Positions 1-10,212 of a stretch of 43,514 nucleotides of DNA are shown piece by piece. The stretch comes from a virus. Position 1 is the stretch's first letter. The number at the start of each line of letters is the position of its first letter. Location: IMG/VR virus record IMGVR_UViG_3300012917_000001, positions 1-43,514 of that record; one strand, 5' to 3'. Under the pieces are notes generated by a model. The model was given only the letters and a program-made list of their open reading frames with translations. It was not told the DNA's origin and did no database searches. Both the position numbers and the translations under genes were made by a program.

Positions 1-123
1 AACCCAGTCAGTGGATTATACGTCGCCTGTAGTGCGTTAGGCGTCTCTTTGGTAATCTGTGCTAACAGAGAATCGCGGACATACTTGCCGAGATTGTATG
101 TAGGATTATTGCGGTCTGCTGTC
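1..123. repeat. Exact 123-bp direct repeat of 43392..43514: circularisation overlap or terminal redundancy of a complete genome
   Basis: Read base by base: 1-123 is identical to 43392-43514. The repeat lies inside a coding frame that stays open across the junction. Confidence 0.9.
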
Positions 124-1247
124 AGGCGTGCTAGACTCTGGGCACCATTAGACGACAGAAAGATATAATCAGATTCACCCATCGGCTGCGCGGTCCATTG
201 GGAAGTGCAGCCAGTCCCAGTCAGTACGTCAAAGACATAAGCCTGCGTAGGGTCCATACCGATAATCGAACCACGTCCATCTGTGAAGAAGATGATGTGG
301 TTGCGGCCACATACAACTAGTGCAGCGTTGAACGCGAATATGGCTGTAACCTGATCCGTACCAGCAGACCAGATATTGTGCATGTTGATGACGCCAGCAG
401 ACGGAGAACCTACATCAGTTTCGTCTAGCAGGCCGCAGTACGTGATAGTCTGCCCGTCAGATTGACTTACACTCCATATGCGGCCAAAGGCAGAGGCTCC
501 TACACCGTTACTAAGCGGCCATGTACCTTGTGTTTCCACTATGGTATTGAGGACGCCGCCTGCCTTTGTATATACTGCTGGCTTCTGCCCGTTCTGGAAC
601 CCAACCATTTTGTTATTGAAGTTCTGTAAGAACCATGTGCCATTGGCTAGGGAGGCAGTTCCAGCAATGCTATGGCCTTGCGGATTGATGATGTCGTTAG
701 CGGCTCCGCCATCCCAGCTTACAATGATCTGATAGGTACCATCGCCGGCGTTGTACTCAAAAATCTCTTTGATACTAGGCGTATAAGTATACGTTGCCTT
801 GACTTGCGTACCGTTTGTAGGAGCAACGGTATAGGTTAGCGTAAAATCGCCAGTCTGATAATTCAGCGTACCAGATACGCCTGCTCCGCTAAGCCGTCCT
901 GCGCCGTTATCCGTGGCCGTTACGGCACCAGCCGTGACAGTAACAGTACTAGGAATAATAGGCGAATGCAGAAATGTACCAGAAAAACTAACAGTCGTTC
1001 CATCGCTCGTCGCCTCAACTTCGTTCGTGATAACGACGTTAGTCAACGGCGTAGTCGTCTGATTAACAATACCCTGCCTAGCAGCTAGCCGGCCGGCCGT
1101 ATCTATCACAGCGTTCAGCGCCTGTGAAGCGTAAGAAGGGTCCATTAACTGCCCAGCTTGTACAGTATTCAATCCCTTATTGCCGGGAGCTACTATATCT
1201 AGCGGGACTAGTTGCTGTTTTGGTGCGACACGGGCTAAGCGCGGCAT
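1..1247 (-). CDS. N-terminal ~415 codons of a 613-aa virion/tail structural protein (possibly nozzle / tail-tubular-B-like); it continues at 43391..42797
   Basis: ATG at 1247 lies 4 nt after the upstream stop at 1252. The minus frame is open to base 1. 1247 nt + 595 nt (43391..42797) = 1842 nt = 614 codons, in the same frame as track ORF 42797..43312. Confidence 0.8.
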   Translation of the reverse strand, partial: MPRLARVAPKQQLVPLDIVAPGNKGLNTVQAGQLMDPSYASQALNAVIDTAGRLAARQGIVNQTTTPLTNVVITNEVEATSDGTTVSFSGTFLHSPIIPSTVTVTAGAVTATDNGAGRLSGAGVSGTLNYQTGDFTLTYTVAPTNGTQVKATYTYTPSIKEIFEYNAGDGTYQIIVSWDGGAANDIINPQGHSIAGTASLANGTWFLQNFNNKMVGFQNGQKPAVYTKAGGVLNTIVETQGTWPLSNGVGASAFGRIWSVSQSDGQTITYCGLLDETDVGSPSAGVINMHNIWSAGTDQVTAIFAFNAALVVCGRNHIIFFTDGRGSIIGMDPTQAYVFDVLTGTGCTSQWTAQPMGESDYIFLSSNGAQSLARLTADRNNPTYNLGKYVRDSLLAQITKETPNALQATYNPLTG

Positions 1248-1251
1248 ACGG

Positions 1252-2037
1252 CTAAGCTATAATCATTTCGAGAGCAGTAGAGCCCGGATCGCGCGTAACC
1301 GCGTCATCCAGAGCCTCTCTGTACCGCTCCTCAGTAAACATCGAGGACGTGCCTAATTCTTCTCCTCGCTCTTGTAATGCATACCATGACGCTCCAAGCT
1401 CGATTGGAAAGTTTGGTACAAGTACAGGGCTGTCCAAGCCAACCGTACTACCTGTCCAACGGGAATCCAGCCACGGCTGGCAAGCAGTGCCAGCGACAGT
1501 GGCGTCAATACGAGGCTGCGGAACCACAAGTGTAGCAGCAATGATAAAGTTCGCATTAGCCCCCGGATACATGAGCATCTGTAGGTTATCATTACCTAGA
1601 TCCTGTATCGCGTAGTTAGTAGAGAATGCTACCGGAGTTTGATTTAGGACCGTATTGTAATAGATAATGTCCGCTAGAGGCATTTCCCCCACAAGGAACG
1701 GTATACCAAAGGTCGTTACGTTGAATACCAGACCTATTTCCCGGCCAAACCGTCGGTTGTACATCCGGGCTACGAAACTTCTGCTGTTCGCCTGCTTGCC
1801 CACTACCGCCTGATCCGTGACCTGCTGCGTGGTATTCGGGAACAGATAGTTGATGTTGAATAGTGTCCATAATGCACTCCATTGGGTAGCCGCCTCGACT
1901 TCCTCTTTGATATGATTGACAAAGTTGCAAATCTGTAGCTGATACGTATCCGTTACAGTTGTTTGCCCGGCAGGAATCGTCGTAGATCCGATATTCTGAA
2001 GGACGTTGTTTACGATTTGTCTGAATGTAGCTGCCAC
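1252..2037 (-). CDS. Virion structural protein, 261 aa (possibly head-tail adaptor / tail-tubular-A-like; function not established)
   Basis: Track ORF, packed 1 nt after the fibre-like gene and 4 nt before the next start. It sits between the capsid/fibre genes and a large tail protein. Confidence 0.65.
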   Translation of the reverse strand: MAATFRQIVNNVLQNIGSTTIPAGQTTVTDTYQLQICNFVNHIKEEVEAATQWSALWTLFNINYLFPNTTQQVTDQAVVGKQANSRSFVARMYNRRFGREIGLVFNVTTFGIPFLVGEMPLADIIYYNTVLNQTPVAFSTNYAIQDLGNDNLQMLMYPGANANFIIAATLVVPQPRIDATVAGTACQPWLDSRWTGSTVGLDSPVLVPNFPIELGASWYALQERGEELGTSSMFTEERYREALDDAVTRDPGSTALEMIIA

Positions 2038-2038
2038 G

Positions 2039-4081
2039 TTAGCTCCAATTGCCTACGCTTTGAACAGTTGCGCTACCGACAGGGCGGAAGCGAGCGAATG
2101 AGTTAGCGCCGACTACGGCTGCGGCAGCGGTTGTTTGCGATACCTGCGGGATGACCGTGCCGGCCACGGTGACGCGGATGATACCGGTGATTTGCGCGTA
2201 GCCGACAGTGCCGGTAGCTGCGCTAGCAATCAGGGTGTTCGCTGCAGTGTCAAACGTCATCTGTGGCGTAGCCGCGGTTGCGAGCGCCGTCGGCTTATCT
2301 GCTATCGCCCACCAAGCCTGCGTGAAAGTCGCCGTACCGCCAAGGGCGAAACCAAAGGCTCCTGATGTGGCAGACAGCGCGGTAAGCGAGAAGAAGCAGT
2401 CAAACTCATATGTACCGATTGGTAATGTAACCGCGCCATTAGTAGTACCGTTTAGAATGGCCTGCGCCGCGGTTTGGCTGACAAGCGTTTTCGTGCCTGA
2501 CATTACCTCGACGTATTCAGTACCAATTACAGCTCGACTTGACGCTGCTGGCGTAAAATAGGCCGCCGTACCATCAAACTCTGTTGCGCCAGCCGCCGGC
2601 GTCGTTAAAGTTACGCCTGAATTTATAAGCAGCGGATATACCGTCGCGGTGCCGGCGGGGAGGGACAGCGCAGCACCAGTAGTCGGCGCAGCTGCGATGA
2701 TGTTTCCTGTAATGTTGATGAGAAGTGGGATGGCATTGCGCGTAATGTCGCGAAACTCGAACGATTTGTTCGTGCCGCCACCCGTGTCGATGCCGATATC
2801 CCACTGCTGCACTGTAGTTTTAGACGCCGTGAACCGCATGACAGAGCGTCCGTCCGCTAATCCCGAAGCGGCGCTTACCTCAACCCCTGGTTGAGCGCTG
2901 GCGTTGTTGACTAACAAGGCACGCCCACTAGTGGGGGCGGCAACTATTACGTTGCCGGCGGCATTCCAGCTTAGGCCAAGTGTCGCAGAGGGGCCAAGGG
3001 TGCCGGAGCCGTCGCCGAAAATCTGCAAGAAATTTAGTGTCTGAGCTTGGTTACCAATCGTGACTGCGTAGTCAGCGACAGTTGTTCCTGCCAGGACATG
3101 CAGCCCCTTAGATTGTCCGCTGGTGCCAGAGCCAAAGATGGTTGCTGTGTCAGAACCAGCGAAACCAGTGGCAGATAACGCTACGCCGCTAGTTGGCGCA
3201 TTGATGGTGACATTACCAGCGGTCCCAATAACCACACGCGAGGCGTTATTCGCCCACCAATGAAGCTCGCTGGCTGTGGTCGTGCCGAAGTTGACGGCGT
3301 TGGGCGCGCTCTGGGTGAACACTGCGGCGGTGTTCGTGCCGTCTTGCCACTGTACTATGTTGGCTCCGTTGATCGTGCCGGAAAAGATGTGCTTGCCGGT
3401 CCACGTCGGCGCAATCGTCACATCGAGTTGGATAGTGCAATCAGATCGAAGGGCGGTAGTAGCTACACCGGCGGCATTAACAGACAATGAGATTTTATTG
3501 GCTGGAATAGCGAATCCACTAAACGATCCCGGCAGAATCGAACTAGGGACATCTGCCGCTACTAGTGCTCTAAACGTAGGCTGGGCTGCGCCTCCGCTAG
3601 TCGGACCGGCGAATACTGTATTAACAGCCTGTGCCTTTAGCGTTAACGTCAGTGTGCCAGAAGTCGTAACTGGCGAACCAGTTACATTGAAGATTGAGCC
3701 TTCGGCTAGTCCTACCGAACTGACCGTTCCTGCTCCAGCTACGCCGGGAGAAGCCGATATAATCGACCATGTACCGTTTAGTTCGCAGAACAGGCCTAAG
3801 AAGGCCCCTACAGTGTTCAGAGTAACTGCAACTCCGTTGCCATTGCCTACAATGTGGTCAGTGGCTTGCGGCTGCACAACTATGACGTTGTTAGCAGCCT
3901 GCTCACAGAAATACATCGGACCTGCACCCGCTTTAGCTGCGGGCAGCGTAAATATTATGGTACCGACGACTACATGAGTCCAGACTTTGTACGCATCCAT
4001 GCCAGTCAACGTCGTATTGACGGATACCTGCTGAGGGCACAGGATCTGCTGCCGGAAATTAGGACTGATGCGTGTAGTCAT
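2039..4081 (-). CDS. Tail-fibre/spike-like protein, 680 aa
   Basis: Track ORF. A/G/T/S/V-rich, low-charge, beta-type composition. The segment VTGSPVTTSGTLTLTL...PTFRALVAADVP resembles motifs common in phage fibre proteins. Confidence 0.65.
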   Translation of the reverse strand: MTTRISPNFRQQILCPQQVSVNTTLTGMDAYKVWTHVVVGTIIFTLPAAKAGAGPMYFCEQAANNVIVVQPQATDHIVGNGNGVAVTLNTVGAFLGLFCELNGTWSIISASPGVAGAGTVSSVGLAEGSIFNVTGSPVTTSGTLTLTLKAQAVNTVFAGPTSGGAAQPTFRALVAADVPSSILPGSFSGFAIPANKISLSVNAAGVATTALRSDCTIQLDVTIAPTWTGKHIFSGTINGANIVQWQDGTNTAAVFTQSAPNAVNFGTTTASELHWWANNASRVVIGTAGNVTINAPTSGVALSATGFAGSDTATIFGSGTSGQSKGLHVLAGTTVADYAVTIGNQAQTLNFLQIFGDGSGTLGPSATLGLSWNAAGNVIVAAPTSGRALLVNNASAQPGVEVSAASGLADGRSVMRFTASKTTVQQWDIGIDTGGGTNKSFEFRDITRNAIPLLINITGNIIAAAPTTGAALSLPAGTATVYPLLINSGVTLTTPAAGATEFDGTAAYFTPAASSRAVIGTEYVEVMSGTKTLVSQTAAQAILNGTTNGAVTLPIGTYEFDCFFSLTALSATSGAFGFALGGTATFTQAWWAIADKPTALATAATPQMTFDTAANTLIASAATGTVGYAQITGIIRVTVAGTVIPQVSQTTAAAAVVGANSFARFRPVGSATVQSVGNWS

Positions 4082-4110
4082 AAATTAGGTAGGGGTGTTA
4101 CCCACACCCC
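4081..4110 (-). terminator. Hairpin plus weak U-tract immediately downstream of the major capsid gene (possible attenuator/terminator)
   Basis: Plus-strand GGGGTGT(4092-4098)-TACCC-ACACCCC(4104-4110). On the minus strand it is followed by TACCTAATTTA. It lies in the 46-nt gap between the capsid stop and the next start. Confidence 0.4.
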
Positions 4111-4127
4111 CAAAGGGCTAAACGCTA

Positions 4128-5165
4128 TTAGGCGTCAAGGATCGAGGGGACCACATATGCCACAGCGCTTCCGCCGCGGAGCATGCCAGTTCCATAGATC
4201 ATATCAGCAGTGAAGAGATCCGCGAGGAACTCCTGCTTGTACTGCTGCTGGGTACGAATACCCATCTGCTCGACGAGAACCGTCGCATCACGCTGTAGCA
4301 TCCAAGCCACAGATGCCACGCCGCCGTTGGCATTCAACACACCCGGCAGGTTGTTAGACACATACACTTCAACAGCGTACACGTTACCAACCAGCCCGTT
4401 ACGGATGGTATTGCCAGGACCAGCTTCGCCCGTGAAGGCTTGCTGGGTAAAGCGCGCAACTCCGAGGAGCAGCGCCTTCGTGACAGGCGGGAGAACCAGA
4501 TAGCGCGCAGCCATCGGAGCATCCACCTTGTCTAAGGCGAACACACCGCGACGAATGCCCAGATCCGTAAGATCCGTCTGGTTGCCGTTGGTCGCACTGT
4601 TCCACACAGTCGAACCGTCACCAATGAACGCACTCCAGGTGGAGCCGCTAGTGATATTGCCGGTCGCCGCATCTTCAATAGCCGTTCCGGCTACGCCAGC
4701 AACGGTAGTACCCGCAGCTAACTGAAAGAAAATGTCGCGATCAACGCGCTTTGCGATGGCGTATCCTGCATCGTCGGTATAGAACCGGCGAAGGCTAGGA
4801 AGCGCCTGAACGTCAACGATATCCTCAATCAAGCGCGAGTATTCCTTGTGCTTGCTGATGGAGATCGTGATGCCGCCGACTCCAGAGGAGTCTACGAACG
4901 GCTGGAGGGTCACAACAGACTGTGCGACCTTGTTGACTGCCACGCCACGAGCCGGAGTCGGGATGTGGATGGTGTCACCTTTCTTGCCTCGATGATTGAG
5001 CTTCCGAACCAGGTTGGCAAGAACCAGATTCGACTTATACTGCGCTACAACCTCATCGGACCACAAAGCGGGTACGAAGTTAGCGGCATGGACATCGTTC
5101 GGAGAACCGGGTCCACCCGTGAGGCTTGTTGCAATATCATTGCTCAGGACTAAAGAAGTTGCCAT
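4128..5165 (-). CDS. Major capsid protein (HK97-fold type), 345 aa
   Basis: Portal-scaffold-capsid synteny. The N-terminal FVPALWSDEVVAQYKSNLVLANLV...GDTIHIP pattern resembles podoviral major capsid proteins. The gene is followed by a hairpin. Confidence 0.75.
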   Translation of the reverse strand: MATSLVLSNDIATSLTGGPGSPNDVHAANFVPALWSDEVVAQYKSNLVLANLVRKLNHRGKKGDTIHIPTPARGVAVNKVAQSVVTLQPFVDSSGVGGITISISKHKEYSRLIEDIVDVQALPSLRRFYTDDAGYAIAKRVDRDIFFQLAAGTTVAGVAGTAIEDAATGNITSGSTWSAFIGDGSTVWNSATNGNQTDLTDLGIRRGVFALDKVDAPMAARYLVLPPVTKALLLGVARFTQQAFTGEAGPGNTIRNGLVGNVYAVEVYVSNNLPGVLNANGGVASVAWMLQRDATVLVEQMGIRTQQQYKQEFLADLFTADMIYGTGMLRGGSAVAYVVPSILDA

Positions 5166-5222
5166 GAGAATTTGCCTTTACAAGTTGTTGTTAGTAGTGT
5201 CGCTATGGCAACCCATTATCGC

Positions 5223-6095
5223 CTAATCGCCGACTACGCGCCCTTGGAGATAAGCCTTTGAGACTTCCTCTTTAAGCGTTTCATCAGATTCATAGGCCCG
5301 ACTTTGCATAAGCGCTCGCATTTGACCGCGAGTGTATGTTTTGCCGGGTTTTGCTCCACCAGTAGTCCCCTCGTTGCCAGTCCGGGACTGCTCTAGTGAC
5401 ACGCGAGACGCTGCCGATAGCCGAGTATTATCGTCAGTCTCCGCGTTGGCCCTTTCGGCCGCTTTAGTAGACTTGTACTCGCTCAGCAGTTCATCAGCCG
5501 CCTGCGTATTGCCCTGCGATGCCAAAGATGCGATACTACGCCGAAGCGGAGTTTCGCGAACCCATGCGGCGAACTCAGGAGTTTCCATAACCGTCGCAGC
5601 ATCGCCATGATGGTTATTGAACACTGAGCTACCCAGCATCTGTTCCATACGGGACAATTGCTGTTGCAAGGGAATGATGGCTCGATTGACGCGCTCCTCG
5701 ATAAAGGGATCTAGCGCCTCAGTAGGACGTTGCAGCAAATCAGCGGGATCAACCTTTGTGGGTTGCTTCACGCCGTTTGCGTTAAGGTCACGAGCACGTT
5801 TGTCAATAATCAGCTCTTGCACAGCACGCTGCGTCTGACCGAGATCGTTAGCCAGTCTGCCTGAATGCTGTTCGAGGTTGACATACATGTTCAATATGTC
5901 CTCGCGCGATTTACCGGCAAATCTGCGCGGTTCGGCGTGTACTTCCTCGTCAGTTTTCTGGACAGCGGGTTTAGCAGCTCTAGGCTGCGCCCCTGCATTA
6001 CGAAGCTCGTCTGCCAGCTTGGCAGTGTCCGTGTTTGAAATGTCAACGTCGCTTATGATACTTACAGCCATTTTGGTTCTCCTTACCACGTCCAA
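5223..6095 (-). CDS. Scaffolding-like protein, 290 aa
   Basis: Highly charged, A/E/R/Q-rich, helical-looking ORF between the portal and capsid genes, as in the T7-type order. Confidence 0.5.
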   Translation of the reverse strand: MDVVRRTKMAVSIISDVDISNTDTAKLADELRNAGAQPRAAKPAVQKTDEEVHAEPRRFAGKSREDILNMYVNLEQHSGRLANDLGQTQRAVQELIIDKRARDLNANGVKQPTKVDPADLLQRPTEALDPFIEERVNRAIIPLQQQLSRMEQMLGSSVFNNHHGDAATVMETPEFAAWVRETPLRRSIASLASQGNTQAADELLSEYKSTKAAERANAETDDNTRLSAASRVSLEQSRTGNEGTTGGAKPGKTYTRGQMRALMQSRAYESDETLKEEVSKAYLQGRVVGD

Positions 6096-6130
6096 GCTAC
6101 GGATTATGTGGGTGAGTTGAAGAAGGGGAT

Positions 6131-6412
6131 TTAATCGCTGCCGGGGGACTTGCCATAGTCACCGTGATCCCGGTAGCACTTTTCCTCTTTTGCCTTCTGT
6201 TGCAAATGCGTCCGCTCGAAATGACGTAGAGACGTTTCGGTAGCACCTTCTTGTAAGGCCATGGCCGTCTTGTCAATCCGGGGACAACTTATGATGCGCA
6301 GCGCAGTCTCACTACACTTTGGGCACTGAATCCTAAAGATATCGGATTTTACCAGTTCCTCAAACTCGTGCTTGCACGTTTTGCATCGGAAATCGAACAT
6401 AAGTAGTTTCAC
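6131..6412 (-). CDS. Zinc-ribbon protein (FmdB-like CxxC...CxxC), 93 aa
   Basis: FRCKTCKHEFEELV...IQCPKCSE motif. GTG start overlaps the upstream stop by 1 nt; an alternative ATG lies at 6400. Confidence 0.6.
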   Translation of the reverse strand: MKLLMFDFRCKTCKHEFEELVKSDIFRIQCPKCSETALRIISCPRIDKTAMALQEGATETSLRHFERTHLQQKAKEEKCYRDHGDYGKSPGSD

Positions 6413-6768
6413 TACTCATTGTCCTGTTCGTCGAGAGCAGTCTGCGCCTCTGCGGCACGTTCGACCGACTCCCCTATGATCTGGCGGAACTGAAAGGCCA
6501 CGCTTTTCTCCATATTCAGGAGTTCAAGGAAGCCATCCCGCTTGCCGCGCGCGTATACTGTCTGGTCCCAGTTGGGAGCTTGCAGTATTGCACCAATCTG
6601 CTGATCTGCTGACTTCTGGGACCAAGCCTTAACGTATTCCCATGCCTTGTCGCCGAATAGGCGCTCAAGTAGCATGTATCGGTCCTTGAACTCATTGGGG
6701 AGCTGCTTAAGCTCGTTCATATCCAATGGTTCAAAATCCGCCTCTGTTGGGTTTCCACCTATTGCCAT
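6412..6768 (-). CDS. Hypothetical protein, 118 aa
   Basis: Track ORF with normal charged composition, lying between the portal and the Zn-ribbon gene. Confidence 0.65.
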   Translation of the reverse strand: MAIGGNPTEADFEPLDMNELKQLPNEFKDRYMLLERLFGDKAWEYVKAWSQKSADQQIGAILQAPNWDQTVYARGKRDGFLELLNMEKSVAFQFRQIIGESVERAAEAQTALDEQDNE

Positions 6769-6788
6769 AATCCTCTCCTACTATGGTA

Positions 6789-8885
6789 TTACTTACTACT
6801 AGTCATTGGGCGACTAGCTGCCTTCATTGCGGCTTGCGCCGCGAGATACGATGCCTGGGCCTTCAGGTGCTCAATAGGCAGCTTGGCTGCACTAATATGC
6901 AACTGCCCGTGCTGAACGTCCTGCTCGGTCTTCTCTAACTGCAACCGAGAGATATCAACCATATGGCTATTGCCGTCCATCTGTGCCTCGTGGGTTATCT
7001 TGAACGCTTGTGCGTGAGCAAGATCGGCTTGCGCCTGTGCCCTGCCGGCCTCTGCCTTAGCTAGTTCCATCTGCATCTGAACTAGCTGTTGCTGCATCTG
7101 TTGTTCCTGCTGTTGCGCCTGCTGTGCCTGCGGGCTGGGATTGATTACACCATCTATGATCTTGAGAATCTCGCCCTTATTGGACAAGCTAGTGTTCTCG
7201 ATAATGCCCTTAGCCAGCACAAGCTGTACTTGATGGAAGTCTGGGGGCATCATACCCATCAACTGAGTCATCTGCATAGCCTCGACTTCGCGGGCTACAA
7301 TACCGATGGTCGTCTTAATGCTGATATCAAAGTCTTTGGGATACCGCATCGGATCAAACTGCATATAACGCCAGAGGCACTTCTGCACAATAGGATGCAC
7401 GAAGTTACGGCAAATGCCCGCGATTGAACGCTTTGACCTCTTTACAAAGGCGCCCATTAGGGCCGAGTTTGAAGAAGCGCCATTGGCACCGCTCTGCGAT
7501 TGGGCCTTGAGAGCACTTGCAGTATCGAAACTGCCCGTTCCCATCTGCACCATACGCTCCATTTCCTGCGTCTGTTGGAACGTCAGGCTGCTGTAGTCGC
7601 CTACTGTCACTGGCTGGAGGACATCCTTCGGCGGACCCTGCGTTGTCCATACTTTTCCGGGTTTGACTTCGAATCTGAATCCACGAGGCAAGCGACCGGA
7701 GTCAACCCCAAGCATAGGAGCGCTAATATACCCAAGAGCGTCCATCCTAGCCCGAAGTTCCGCATCAAGCGCCTTCTGCGGGTTATATCCTTTCTCAGCC
7801 ACACCGCGTCCCCAAAAGCGACCGGGTACTTTCTCAAACTGAGCAGCAACAATCGAGCGATCTTGCATCGTGAAAGGATTAACCATAGCCCGAAGCAGGA
7901 CACCATTATTTGCAATAGTAACAATAGCTTCGACGTACGGTCCCATCCCGTTCATATCAACGTCAGTGCTTTTGGTGCCTTCGCCTATAGCGCGGTCAAG
8001 AGCAGAACGTTCCTCTTTCTTGCCAAGCGCGGTCATATAGCGTAGAGGAACTTTGCCGTGGTATTCGATAAGATCGACCTGCCCGCTCTCATAAGTCGTA
8101 TTGATCGATTGCGGGTCTTCCTGATCTATATCCGAGTTCTTCAGGCGCCGAGTAGGGAATATCTGAGCTAGTGCATCCTTTCTGTACACACCCTGCTCAA
8201 TCCTTTCAAGGACATAGTGCATGGTTCTCTGCACACGCTGCGCGCAGCCTTCCATCTGCTGAATGTCTTTGCCTACCGGATCAGGTACAAACTCGTCGGG
8301 CCTTACCGACTCTACAGATACGAATACCCGCTTTTTATTGTTTGATTGTAGTTCTTGGGATTTTGGGTTTCGCGAGAGTTTTTGATCGTGCCCGACGAAA
8401 ACATTAACCTTACCAATCATAGTGCCAAACAAGGCACCGTTGGTAATGGCTTCCATGATCTGATCTTTGGCGTTAACCTTCTCCAGATCATCTATTAGTT
8501 GATCGCGCATTAACAGAGACAGAAGTTCATCTGCTAACTTGTCCTTTTCACCAACATCGAACCATTCCTTACGAGAGAAGATAGCCTCCTCAATCTCGCT
8601 AACGGTTTGTTCGATGGCTTGTGCAAGCGCGGGGGCTACAAGCTTACTGCGTTCGGATAGGCGGTTCATATCCGCTTCGTTCCACTTACCGCGCCACATG
8701 CGCCAATACTCGCCCCAAAGGCGCTGGTAGCCGCGGTTACGGACATCTTCCCAGATATTGACTTTAGTCGTGATCCAGCCGACCAGCATAGCGCCCGCCG
8801 GCTGCTCTAGGCGGCTTTTCTGAGCATCTATGGATTCTGGCGTCTCGACCAGAATGGATTGGCCGCGTGTCGGCATTACAGTCAT
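6789..8885 (-). CDS. Portal (head-tail connector) protein, 698 aa
   Basis: Lies directly downstream of the large terminase. Contains RGYQRLWGEYWRMWRGKW and a Q/A-rich coiled C-terminal tail. Size and synteny fit a portal. Confidence 0.8.
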   Translation of the reverse strand: MTVMPTRGQSILVETPESIDAQKSRLEQPAGAMLVGWITTKVNIWEDVRNRGYQRLWGEYWRMWRGKWNEADMNRLSERSKLVAPALAQAIEQTVSEIEEAIFSRKEWFDVGEKDKLADELLSLLMRDQLIDDLEKVNAKDQIMEAITNGALFGTMIGKVNVFVGHDQKLSRNPKSQELQSNNKKRVFVSVESVRPDEFVPDPVGKDIQQMEGCAQRVQRTMHYVLERIEQGVYRKDALAQIFPTRRLKNSDIDQEDPQSINTTYESGQVDLIEYHGKVPLRYMTALGKKEERSALDRAIGEGTKSTDVDMNGMGPYVEAIVTIANNGVLLRAMVNPFTMQDRSIVAAQFEKVPGRFWGRGVAEKGYNPQKALDAELRARMDALGYISAPMLGVDSGRLPRGFRFEVKPGKVWTTQGPPKDVLQPVTVGDYSSLTFQQTQEMERMVQMGTGSFDTASALKAQSQSGANGASSNSALMGAFVKRSKRSIAGICRNFVHPIVQKCLWRYMQFDPMRYPKDFDISIKTTIGIVAREVEAMQMTQLMGMMPPDFHQVQLVLAKGIIENTSLSNKGEILKIIDGVINPSPQAQQAQQQEQQMQQQLVQMQMELAKAEAGRAQAQADLAHAQAFKITHEAQMDGNSHMVDISRLQLEKTEQDVQHGQLHISAAKLPIEHLKAQASYLAAQAAMKAASRPMTSSK

Positions 8886-8893
8886 GTATGGTC

Positions 8894-10198
8894 CTAGTGA
8901 ATATACAGCTCAACTTCGTCCCACTCCTGAATATCAGTAGTTTCAGCGAAGTTTGCGGTTGACATCTGGTCAACGTAAGACAGGGCATCAATGCCATCAT
9001 CGTGAGACAACGGGTCAGGGAAGTCGGCTATCTGATCTAGCAGGTAATTATTCCAGTCATCTTTTACAAGACTGATTTTATGCCGCTGTGCTCGTCCTTG
9101 CAGTGCCCATTGAATACGGTCGTATTTCCGCGTGTTATTGTGCCTAAGCGGCTCGGGAGTAATATATCGTCCGAAGGTACGCATGTATTCTTCGAGATAA
9201 GGCCCAACAGCGTTAAGTAAAGCTCCCTGTTCCACGCCAAGGCGGCAGCCTGGATATGAACGCGCTGTTCCAATAATTCTTGCTGCTGTCTCACGTACTC
9301 CCCAGTGACCATGTAGAACATCAAGCACCGTCCAGTCGTCTTCTATTACCGATGTTACGCAGATTACGCTTTCGTCAGTCCGCAGTACTTTCTTACCTTG
9401 ATTGCTGGTTGTGAACCCTGCCAGATCACATGTGAGAAACAGCGAGCCGAATGTTGGCGGAACTGCTAGTATCGGGAAGTCGGCAGGGCTAAGTACCTTC
9501 CCGCCCCCGCTCACGAAGTCTGCCTCCAGCTCCTGCCGGATCATGTCGCGGCTCTTGTTGGGGTTGTTATAGATGCGAGCTATCTCGCGCTCTTTCAGAT
9601 AAGGGTTATCCCGTGATACGAAGTGGAACGCCTCCCAATCCTCGAATCCTGTCCTGCCTTCTAGGGCACTGATGAATAGCTCATAGAAGTGGTTTTTGCC
9701 TTTCGGCGTACCGATAAACAGCGCACCGCCTTCTACGTCCATCAATGCGGGATCTATAATGTCATCCCAGACATTCGATTTCATGTCGGCATACTCGTCG
9801 AGTACTACGAAGGAATAGCCTTCGCCGCGCAGGGCGTCTTCGTTATCGGCCCCCTTGACATAGATACGCCGACCGTTGATTAGCTCAAAGTACCCATCGT
9901 TAATATTCTCGCCTCGTATAAAGCCGCCCTGCTTCTCGTATCCAAGCAGGATACGTAGGCGTCTCCACATAATTCGTTTGGCTTGGTCAAACGTGGGTGC
10001 AACGTAATAGACGCCATGTTCTGGCGTTAGCGTGTAGCCGCGCTCATTAACTTTCTTGAGAGCTTCTATCCCTAATAGACAAGCGGCCAAGTAGGTCTTG
10101 CCGAACCGCCGGCCAGCAGCGCATATTCGGAACCTCTTGGCCGAGTTGAAAATAGCTTGCTGCGCAGGATGCAGCGCTATGCGGAAGACTCTCTCCAT
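8894..10198 (-). CDS. terL: Terminase large subunit, 434 aa
   Basis: Walker A-like AAGRRFGKT and Walker B-like FVVLDEYADM, followed by a C-terminal nuclease-like half. Lies immediately upstream of the portal. Confidence 0.9.
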   Translation of the reverse strand: MERVFRIALHPAQQAIFNSAKRFRICAAGRRFGKTYLAACLLGIEALKKVNERGYTLTPEHGVYYVAPTFDQAKRIMWRRLRILLGYEKQGGFIRGENINDGYFELINGRRIYVKGADNEDALRGEGYSFVVLDEYADMKSNVWDDIIDPALMDVEGGALFIGTPKGKNHFYELFISALEGRTGFEDWEAFHFVSRDNPYLKEREIARIYNNPNKSRDMIRQELEADFVSGGGKVLSPADFPILAVPPTFGSLFLTCDLAGFTTSNQGKKVLRTDESVICVTSVIEDDWTVLDVLHGHWGVRETAARIIGTARSYPGCRLGVEQGALLNAVGPYLEEYMRTFGRYITPEPLRHNNTRKYDRIQWALQGRAQRHKISLVKDDWNNYLLDQIADFPDPLSHDDGIDALSYVDQMSTANFAETTDIQEWDEVELYIH

Positions 10199-10212
10199 CG
10201 TCCACCGTTATG

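Noticed and set aside
1-123. 123-bp end repeat as a genuine packaged direct terminal repeat
   Set aside because: It sits in the middle of a structural ORF whose frame is restored by circular joining, so it is more consistent with an assembly overlap of a circular or permuted molecule.
3276-3977. 233-aa plus ORF, together with other long antisense ORFs in structural genes (42025..42687, 220 aa; 7500..8045, 181 aa; 28510..28872; 34621..35061)
   Set aside because: They lie entirely inside longer, better-supported genes on the other strand. They have skewed compositions and no SD or coupling.
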